DNA of 38,402 bases, taken from NCBI GenBank assembly GCA_038322405.1, contig JBBQFV010000002.1:1-38402 (forward strand). The letters are read 5' to 3'. Shown here piece after piece: positions 31,682 through 38,402 of the stretch (position 1 is the stretch's first letter; every line of letters begins with the position of its first letter). The notes beneath the pieces are model-generated. The model saw nothing but the letters and a program-made list of their open reading frames with translations. It was not told the origin of the DNA and ran no database searches. Origin of the DNA: Patescibacteria group bacterium (lineage in GTDB: Bacteria > Patescibacteriota > UBA1384 > CAILIB01). Made by a program: the position numbers and the translations under genes.

Positions 31682-33808
31682 ATGCAACAGCTTGTCATCA
31701 AAAAAGGAATTGTCTCTGTTTCTACCGTACCCGCTCCCCAAGTCGAACCTGGCTGCGTTTTGGTCCAAACCGCCTACTCACTCGTTAGTACCGGCACTGA
31801 AAGTAGCATTGTAAAGTCCTCGGGCGAATCACTCATCACCAAGGCAAAAGATCCTAACCTCCTTAAACTGGGTATGGACGCCGTAAAGCGTAACGGCCTC
31901 AAAAAAACCCTCGAGCTAGTGCGCGGAATGTCCGACAACGAAGTAGCCTTTGGCTACTCTAACGCTGGGACCGTCGTTGCCGTTGGCCAAGGCGTTACCG
32001 AGTTTGTAATTGGGGACCTAGTAGCCTGCGCAGGGGCTGGCAAAGCCAATCACGCCGAGTTTGTAAGTGTGCCTAAGAACTTGGTCGCCAAAGTGCCAAA
32101 GGGAGTTGACCTAGCCGATGCCGCCTCCACTACCCTCGGCGCAATCGCCTTACAAGGTGTCCGCCAGGCCGACCCAAAACTCGGCGAAGTGGTTGCAGTA
32201 GTTGGCGCCGGCTTACTTGGCTTGCTTGCTGTGCAAATGTTAGTTGCCAACGGCTGCACCGTGGTGGTAAGTGACAACGACCCAAACCGTCTTAAGCTTG
32301 CCAAACAGTTTGGCGCCGCTTACACAGCAAAGCCCGATGAGCTCGCCAAGGTGGTAGCAAACCTCACAGGCACCCACGGCGTTGATGCCACCCTCATTTA
32401 CGCCGCTACCAGCTCCGACGCTCCCGTTAACCAAGCCATGGCCATTACCCGCAAGCGCGGAACGGTAGTAATTGTTGGCGCTGTTGGCATGAAGCTGAGC
32501 CGCTCGCCGTTTTACGAAAAAGAAATTAACTTTAAAATTTCCTGCTCCTACGGACCAGGCCGTTACGACAGCGTGTACGAAGAGCAAGGCCTCGATTATC
32601 CTTATGGCTTTGTGCGCTGGACCGAAAACCGCAATATGCAGGCTTACTTGCAACTCATTGCTAGTGGCCGATTGAAATTCGCCCCTATGGTAGAAAAGAC
32701 CGTGCCAATTGAAGAGGCCGGCGCCGTGTACCAGCAGATTGTCGATCCTAAAGTGCTCGAAAAACCGCTTGCCGTGCTCATTAAGTACGAGGAAAAGGTT
32801 GAGCCGTTCAAGCGCCTCGACCTGGCTGCTCCTGCCAAGGCCATTACCAAAGGTCCTATCAAGGTTGGCTTTATTGGGGTTGGGGGCTTTATTACCGCCA
32901 TGCACCTACCAAACCTCAAGGAGCTCGGCAACGATTTTACCATCCATGCCTTTTGCGACCGGGCGAGCGTTCAAACGAAAAACCTCGGTGTACAGTACGG
33001 GGCCGCTTACACTACGAGTGACCCTGAGGAAATATTTAAGGACAAGGAAATTGATTTGGTCATGATTGGGACTCGACACAACAGCCACGCCGAACTGACA
33101 ATTAAGGCGCTTAAGGCTAACAAGTCGGTGTTTGTGGAAAAGCCGTTGGCCCTTACGGAAGAAGAGCTGAATGACGTAGTTGCTGCCGCTAAAAAATCGA
33201 AAGGCCAGCTGTTTGCTGGCTTTAACCGCCGTTTTTCGCCGCATAACGTGGCCATCCGCAAAGCGCTCAAAGACCGCGTTCAGCCAATAATGGCTTACTA
33301 TCGCTTGAATGCACCGTTCTTGCCCACTACCCATTGGACCCAAACCCACGAAGGCGGTGGCCGCATTCTCGGTGAAGCTTGCCATATTTTTGACCTCTTT
33401 AACTACTGGACCGCTGCCAACCCCGTAAGCATTACGGTCAACGCCATCACTCCTGTCGGTACCGAGGTGCTGAGTTCCGACAATTCCCTCACCACCATTA
33501 CCTATGACGATGGTTCCGTGTGTTCCCTCATCTACACCACCCAAGGAAGCCCAGACTTGGAAAAGGAATACGCCGAAATTTTTACCGACCGCAGCAGCAT
33601 TATTTTGCAGGATTACCGCCAGACAACTGGCTACAGCGTAAAGGTCAACGTAAAAACTGCCACCAACGACAAGGGTCACACCGAGGAAATGCGTCAAGTT
33701 GCCAAAGCCCTGCGTGGCGAGTCCAACGGCTGGAATATGGATCAAATTGTCATGGCCTCGCGGGTCAGTCTTATTGTGAACGAACAGCTCAGGAGTTCAG
33801 CATTCTAG
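31682..33808 (+). CDS. bi-domain oxidoreductase: N-terminal MDR (alcohol-dehydrogenase-like) domain fused to C-terminal Gfo/Idh/MocA domain
   Basis: 708 aa from the ATG at 31682 (the track TTG at 31637 would overlap wecC). MDR part has VVGAGLLGLLAVQMLVANG. The Gfo/Idh/MocA part starts IKVGFIGVGGFITAMHLPNL and contains VFVEKPLA and GFNRRFSP. Confidence 0.8.
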   Translation: MQQLVIKKGIVSVSTVPAPQVEPGCVLVQTAYSLVSTGTESSIVKSSGESLITKAKDPNLLKLGMDAVKRNGLKKTLELVRGMSDNEVAFGYSNAGTVVAVGQGVTEFVIGDLVACAGAGKANHAEFVSVPKNLVAKVPKGVDLADAASTTLGAIALQGVRQADPKLGEVVAVVGAGLLGLLAVQMLVANGCTVVVSDNDPNRLKLAKQFGAAYTAKPDELAKVVANLTGTHGVDATLIYAATSSDAPVNQAMAITRKRGTVVIVGAVGMKLSRSPFYEKEINFKISCSYGPGRYDSVYEEQGLDYPYGFVRWTENRNMQAYLQLIASGRLKFAPMVEKTVPIEEAGAVYQQIVDPKVLEKPLAVLIKYEEKVEPFKRLDLAAPAKAITKGPIKVGFIGVGGFITAMHLPNLKELGNDFTIHAFCDRASVQTKNLGVQYGAAYTTSDPEEIFKDKEIDLVMIGTRHNSHAELTIKALKANKSVFVEKPLALTEEELNDVVAAAKKSKGQLFAGFNRRFSPHNVAIRKALKDRVQPIMAYYRLNAPFLPTTHWTQTHEGGGRILGEACHIFDLFNYWTAANPVSITVNAITPVGTEVLSSDNSLTTITYDDGSVCSLIYTTQGSPDLEKEYAEIFTDRSSIILQDYRQTTGYSVKVNVKTATNDKGHTEEMRQVAKALRGESNGWNMDQIVMASRVSLIVNEQLRSSAF

Positions 33809-33838
33809 AAAGAATTTCTTAAATCCTAATCACTTCCC

Positions 33839-35716
33839 ATGTGTGGCATCGCGGGAGTCATGTCTAAAACTAGTACGCCCGTCACAAAACTTGATGGATT
33901 AGTAAATACCTTAAACGATCGACTAGTCCATCGGGGGCCTGACGGTGGAGCCGTTTGGGTCAATAAAACCCAAACGATTGGCTTAGGACACCGAAGGTTG
34001 GCTATTCTTGATTTGGCCAGTGAAGCCAATCAGCCAATGACAAATGAAGATGGCAGTATCTGGATTACTTTTAATGGAGAAATCTACAATCATGCGGAGA
34101 TCAGAAAGTTATTACTCAAACGAGGCCATCAATTCCGCACCGATCATAGCGATACTGAAGTAATAATCCACGCTTACGAAGAGTGGGGAGTAGCTAGTTT
34201 AGAGCGTTTCCGGGGAATGTTTGTTTTTGCTCTTTGGGACGAGTCATTGAACAAACTCTGGCTTGTACGCGATCGATTAGGCATCAAGCCTCTTTACTAT
34301 ACCTCTACAAACACTGAGCTGGTCTTTGCTAGTGAAATTCAGGCACTTTTTAGTCATCCCCGTGTGAAGAAAGAGGTCCGGACACAATCGGTATACGATT
34401 ATCTAACACTCCTTACCGTACCGGCCCCACATACCATGTTTGAGGAAATCTATAAGCTTGAGGCTGGTACATACCTCACCATCACGAGCGGAGACAACCT
34501 GGTAATTACTCGATACTGGAACCCCACCGACTACTTAAATAGTGTTTCTGATACAAATGAAAGCACCGCCCTCAAAGAAACAACCAAACTGATTCAAGAA
34601 TCGGTTGCACTGCGTATGCTTAGCGACGTTCCAGTAGGCGTGAGCTTAAGTGGAGGAATCGATTCTAGCCTCGTCGCTGCATATGCCTCAAAAAATTCCA
34701 AAACAATTAAGGCCTTGACCGTTGATTATCAGCAACGCTCTGCGTATAGCGAATCAGAGGCAGCAGCTGAGATTGCCCAAGGGTTAGGAATTCCTCTTAC
34801 TAAAGAAATTGTGACAGAGGAAGCATTTAATGATGCAGTATCCTCCATGCTTGAGCAACAGAACGATTATCCGATGGGTGATCCTAACACATTCTTGGTC
34901 AAAATTATTGCCGCAGCTTCCCGTAAACTTGGTGCCATCGTTTGTCTAATTGGCGAAGGTGGTGATGAACTGGGAGGATATCCTGTCTATCAAACAATCG
35001 ACCGTGAATATGGAACGCTAAAAGCATTGGCAAAATTACCTAAACCACTCCGCCTTACGGCCAGTAAATACGGGCCAGCTATAGTACGCCGTAAGCTGGA
35101 GCTCATTCACAATTCCGAAATTGTTTCCCGCCGACATTTGCACGCATTTATGGAAAGTGAAAAACAGCAATTCTGGAAAAACCCTAAAGATGTCATTTCA
35201 ACTTACGATTATCTGCAAACAATAATGGGAGAGGTGCCTAACGACGCTCCCGATCATTTCCTACGCAAGATACAAAATGTGGAATTCAAATTACGTCTGC
35301 CAGAACTCATTTTACCTCGGGTAGATTACCCAACAATGAGTCATTCCATTGAAGCGCGTGTTCCCCTATTGGACCACAAATTAGTCGAATACACCCTTAG
35401 ACTACCCTTTGCGTTAAAGATGAATAATGGTGAACCAAAATATTTACTAAAAAAGATTATTGCCAATCTCATCCCTCATTTTTCTACTAAGCGCCCAAAA
35501 GTTGGCTTCGGGATGTTGTTAGAGCCTTTCTTGCAAGAGTCCGTTCCAGAATCTCTCAAAACCGAGGTTTTTGCTGATCCTAAACATCCTTTGTTTCTCT
35601 ACGTAAAAAGAGAAGAGTTGCTCAAAACTCTCGACCTTGAGCATCCTGCCTCTCACGGTTTACGGCCCTGGGCAATATTTATCCTATCCCGTTGGCTAAA
35701 GTGCCACCTAGACTAA
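33839..35716 (+). CDS. asnB: asparagine synthase (glutamine-hydrolysing)-family amidotransferase, WbpS-like context
   Basis: 625 aa. The N-terminal nucleophile MCGIAG, GHRRLAILD, a PP-loop SLSGGIDSS, and a C-terminal synthetase domain. Confidence 0.9.
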   Translation: MCGIAGVMSKTSTPVTKLDGLVNTLNDRLVHRGPDGGAVWVNKTQTIGLGHRRLAILDLASEANQPMTNEDGSIWITFNGEIYNHAEIRKLLLKRGHQFRTDHSDTEVIIHAYEEWGVASLERFRGMFVFALWDESLNKLWLVRDRLGIKPLYYTSTNTELVFASEIQALFSHPRVKKEVRTQSVYDYLTLLTVPAPHTMFEEIYKLEAGTYLTITSGDNLVITRYWNPTDYLNSVSDTNESTALKETTKLIQESVALRMLSDVPVGVSLSGGIDSSLVAAYASKNSKTIKALTVDYQQRSAYSESEAAAEIAQGLGIPLTKEIVTEEAFNDAVSSMLEQQNDYPMGDPNTFLVKIIAAASRKLGAIVCLIGEGGDELGGYPVYQTIDREYGTLKALAKLPKPLRLTASKYGPAIVRRKLELIHNSEIVSRRHLHAFMESEKQQFWKNPKDVISTYDYLQTIMGEVPNDAPDHFLRKIQNVEFKLRLPELILPRVDYPTMSHSIEARVPLLDHKLVEYTLRLPFALKMNNGEPKYLLKKIIANLIPHFSTKRPKVGFGMLLEPFLQESVPESLKTEVFADPKHPLFLYVKREELLKTLDLEHPASHGLRPWAIFILSRWLKCHLD

Positions 35717-35818
35717 GCCCATGTCTTTTAGCTCTAAACTTATTGCCTACGCAAAGAGTCGCCCGGCTCGCCAAACCATACTTTTGACGGCACCCAAAGA
35801 CGTTCTCACATTATACGC

Positions 35819-37078
35819 ATGAGCTATTTTTCAAATCTTTGCGAGCACCTCAAAACCAAGGCTGCAAAGCAAACAGCATTGCTCTACGGAGCACAAATTA
35901 TTTCTCTTGCTGGCGGGTTCATTTCCGTGCCAATTATCACGAGGGCATTAGACCCACACCAGTACGGTCTCCTTTCCTTTGCCCTAGCTTTCATTGCTTT
36001 TGTCTCCCTCTTTTTTGAATTTGGATTTTTCTCTGCCGGCGCACGCCTCCTCTCAATTTCCAAAACAGAAGAGGACAATAGGGATCTTACTGGAAGCCTT
36101 CTCATTATCACCACTATTATTTCAGGGCTTTTTTTCCTAGTTATTTTATTGGCCAGCTTATATGTAGATCAGTTCTTTCACTCTTCCATTGGTCATCTAT
36201 TAAGAGTTATTTCACCTTTTGTAATAATTTTCCCTTTTCAATACTTGACTCAGCAAGTATGCCAAGGCAGTAACCGAATTAAAGAACTTTCTTTTCTTAC
36301 GGCCTTTCCTAAGCTTTGGTACCTAATAGGCATATTGGTCTTTTTTGCCTTTTCTCACCTTCAAATTGTCACCATTCTTATACTCAACTTTTCGGGAGTT
36401 CTCCTGGCTTTGCTCCTTACTATTCGCAAGCTACAACCCCGCTTTATCAAAAATAAGAGCACCCTGAAAGTAATTTACAAAGAAACGAGGGAGTACGGTA
36501 TTAAACTATATTGGGGCCGAATTGTTGATGTATCAACCTACAACCTGGACAGTCTCTTTATATCAAGATTCGTTAACACTACCTCAGTCGGTTTTTATGG
36601 CCTAGGCCTCATTATGATCAGTCCGATGGTTATTCTTTCCCAATCGTTGACCACCAGCCTCTTCAAAGATTTTGCTAGCCAAAACCGTATTTCTTCTCGA
36701 GTAATTATATTCAACACTATATGGCTCATTGGCTGTACTACCTTTCTTCTTCTCTTGGGCAAGCCCCTCATTACCCTTCTTTTTTCTAATCGTTATCTTG
36801 CTGTATTTCCAATTATCTTCCCACTCTCACTAGCAGGCTTTTTTCAAGGTATGTATCAACCCTTTAACAGTTTTCTAGCAGTGCATAGGCAAGGAGATTA
36901 TTTGCGAAGTGCTGCAATTGCTATGATGATAATGAATATTACCGTTAACTGCCTACTCATCCCTCACTTCGGCATTCTGGGCGCCTCATGGGCAAGCGCT
37001 ATTTCTATGTGCTTTGCATTTTTTCTTTATTATATTGGATACAACAGGATAACCAAGGAACTTTCCTATGAACTCTGA
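35819..37078 (+). CDS. second Wzx-type oligosaccharide flippase (MOP superfamily)
   Basis: 419 aa with ~12 hydrophobic helices. AT-rich gene. A typical flippase N-terminal region (TALLYGAQIISLAGGFISVPIITRAL). Confidence 0.75.
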   Translation: MSYFSNLCEHLKTKAAKQTALLYGAQIISLAGGFISVPIITRALDPHQYGLLSFALAFIAFVSLFFEFGFFSAGARLLSISKTEEDNRDLTGSLLIITTIISGLFFLVILLASLYVDQFFHSSIGHLLRVISPFVIIFPFQYLTQQVCQGSNRIKELSFLTAFPKLWYLIGILVFFAFSHLQIVTILILNFSGVLLALLLTIRKLQPRFIKNKSTLKVIYKETREYGIKLYWGRIVDVSTYNLDSLFISRFVNTTSVGFYGLGLIMISPMVILSQSLTTSLFKDFASQNRISSRVIIFNTIWLIGCTTFLLLLGKPLITLLFSNRYLAVFPIIFPLSLAGFFQGMYQPFNSFLAVHRQGDYLRSAAIAMMIMNITVNCLLIPHFGILGASWASAISMCFAFFLYYIGYNRITKELSYEL

Positions 37079-37820
37079 AAAAGATAGGTCAGTTATATCG
37101 TTCATGAATGATATGTGGGAAAAGAGTGGCGCAGCCGCTGATCCTATGTCCGCCATTCATTTTTTTGTTGATGGTAAACCAGCCAACGAAAATGTCTTTG
37201 ACAGTATCGCCACAGAGATTACTGAAAAGCTTGAACTGACCAGTAAGCACAGCTTGCTCGAAGTGGGTTGTGGCAATGGATTGCTTTTAAAGCGACTGAG
37301 GAAGCGGGCCAAAACAGTAACTGGAACAGATTTCTCCGCCGCTCTTTTGGAGGGTATCAATGATCCAACAATTGAGGTGCATCACGCCGAAGCTAACAAG
37401 TCGCCTTTTAAGAATAACTCATTTGACCGAGTGGTATGTCACAGTGTATTTCACTATTTTCCCAATATTGAGTATGCCACTGAGACCATCCAGGACATGC
37501 TCCGCGTATGTAAGCCAGGGGGAAAGGTAATGATTAGCGATATCTTTAATGGTTACCTCAAAGAATATTATAAACGGGAAGAGTATAGGCTCTTGCCGCT
37601 GAGTCAAAAAGTTATTTCGCGACTGCGTAAAATTTACTATCGAATGCGAAAGATTGACGATGTATTTGTCGACTATCCCTTCTTCATAACGCCTAGCTAC
37701 TTTAAGGAATTTGCTAAAAAACATGGGCATAGAGCTCAACTTTTTCTGGAAACCGTTACCGATAAGCCCGCTATTTTTCTAGCTTTCCGCTACGACGCCG
37801 TATTGACTAAAAAAGTCTAG
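37068..37820 (+). CDS. class I SAM-dependent methyltransferase
   Basis: 250 aa. Motif I LLEVGCGNGLL, post-I acidic GTDFS, motif II/III region VVCHSVFHYF ... KPGGKVMISD. The start overlaps the flippase stop by 11 nt. Confidence 0.85.
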   Translation: MNSEKDRSVISFMNDMWEKSGAAADPMSAIHFFVDGKPANENVFDSIATEITEKLELTSKHSLLEVGCGNGLLLKRLRKRAKTVTGTDFSAALLEGINDPTIEVHHAEANKSPFKNNSFDRVVCHSVFHYFPNIEYATETIQDMLRVCKPGGKVMISDIFNGYLKEYYKREEYRLLPLSQKVISRLRKIYYRMRKIDDVFVDYPFFITPSYFKEFAKKHGHRAQLFLETVTDKPAIFLAFRYDAVLTKKV

Positions 37821-37824
37821 CTAC

Positions 37825-38402
37825 ATGACGCAAAATAAATTATCTTCTGTCGCTTGCTTCGAAAAAGCTTTTACTGCATACCTTGGTTGCCAATACGCTA
37901 TTGCAACGAGTTATGGCAGAACTGCCCTTTACCTCGCACTTCGTGCAATGGAAGTTGAGGGCAAGGAGGTATTAGTACCTGCCTTCATTTGCACTTCAGT
38001 TAAGGATGCCATTACAGCGGCAGGAGCGCGCATTGTGTACGTGGACATCGATCCTCAAACTCTTCTTTTTCAGCTTGAAGACCTTGAAAAAAAATATACC
38101 AAACAAACAAAGGCGCTTATCTTTGTCCACTTTTTTGGAAAGGCAGCCCTGAATACCCCCGCTATTTTAGACTTTGTGAAGAAAAAATCTCTTCTTACCA
38201 TTGAAGATTGTGCTCATTCGCTAGGCGCTAAACTTGGCTCTCAAAGAGTCGGCTCTTTTGGCGACGTTGCTATATTTTCACTCACTAAAAATGCCAGCAA
38301 CTACGGCGGCGGAGTGCTAAGTACAAATAATGAAGAACTTTATATCAAGGCATGTTCTGTATTGAAAACATATCCTAAAGCCTCTTTTATACCAGCACTT
38401 CT
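37825..38402 (+). CDS. DegT/DnrJ/EryC1/StrS-family PLP-dependent sugar aminotransferase (3' end cut by the window edge)
   Basis: Not in the ORF track because no stop is reached. My translation from the ATG at 37825: MTQNKLSSVACFEKAFTAYLGCQYAIATSYGRTALYLALRAM...VLVPAFICTSV...EDCAHSLGAK...GDVAIFSLTKNASNYGGGVL. This includes the FS-x-x-K lysine context typical of the family. Confidence 0.85.
   Translation, partial: MTQNKLSSVACFEKAFTAYLGCQYAIATSYGRTALYLALRAMEVEGKEVLVPAFICTSVKDAITAAGARIVYVDIDPQTLLFQLEDLEKKYTKQTKALIFVHFFGKAALNTPAILDFVKKKSLLTIEDCAHSLGAKLGSQRVGSFGDVAIFSLTKNASNYGGGVLSTNNEELYIKACSVLKTYPKASFIPAL

Noticed and set aside
32240-33745. Two long minus-strand ORFs (221 aa and 279 aa) antisense to the bi-domain oxidoreductase gene.
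   Set aside because: These are antisense shadows of a GC-rich gene. The plus-strand frame has clear MDR and Gfo/Idh/MocA motifs, and the antisense translations have none.
1-38402. Checked for stop-codon reassignment (UGA recoding occurs in some candidate-phyla lineages), CRISPR arrays, insertion sequences, rRNA and known defence genes.
   Set aside because: TGA, TAG and TAA all terminate well-supported genes at the expected lengths (for example TGA at 13294-13296, 13738-13740 and 37076-37078), so the standard code fits. I saw no regularly spaced direct repeats, no transposase/integrase-like ORFs, no rRNA-like sequence and no nuclease/ATPase pairs typical of defence systems.

Overview
This is a gene-dense 38.4-kb bacterial window that uses the standard genetic code. 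It has almost no intergenic space, and several convergent genes overlap at their ends. The gene content suggests a streamlined, possibly CPR/Patescibacteria-like organism, but that is inference only. The left part (1-16.4 kb) is mostly housekeeping. It holds a small membrane protein, lepA, and a tightly packed minus-strand operon: DUF2339-like membrane protein, atypical MIP channel, class-I aldolase, GlcD-type FAD oxidase, and a histidine kinase with no input domain. It also holds an AT-rich orphan ORF, tRNA-Lys(UUU) with its own promoter and a bidirectional terminator, and grpE-dnaK-dnaJ plus a CvpA-like membrane protein. A stand-alone ComEC-type metallo-beta-lactamase domain, yebC-ruvC and a VanW/G5 protein complete this part. 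From 16.6 kb to the window end (>21 kb) lies a surface-glycan locus. It contains five GT2 glycosyltransferases, two O-antigen-ligase/Wzy-family proteins, a miniature Wzz-like protein and two Wzx-type flippases. It also has a GT-C-like polytopic protein next to a membrane-anchored TPR protein and a secreted five-repeat protein. These are followed by wecB, wecC, a bi-domain (MDR + Gfo/Idh/MocA) oxidoreductase, an AsnB/WbpS-type amidotransferase, a methyltransferase and a DegT-type aminotransferase cut by the window end. The last ~4.6 kb is clearly more AT-rich than the rest. No rRNA, CRISPR, transposase, integrase or recognisable defence genes were seen. The most notable observations are: (1) an apparent compensatory change at the DnaJ-DnaK interface (J-domain HPD->HPN together with DnaK R167->Q); (2) an MIP channel lacking the selectivity-filter arginine, inside an unusual operon ending in a sensor-less kinase; (3) a palindromic operator candidate over the grpE promoter instead of CIRCE; (4) a cluster of perfect palindromes with GCGAAGC mini-hairpin cores; (5) the mosaic glycan locus with a possible split GT-C/TPR surface-protein module.
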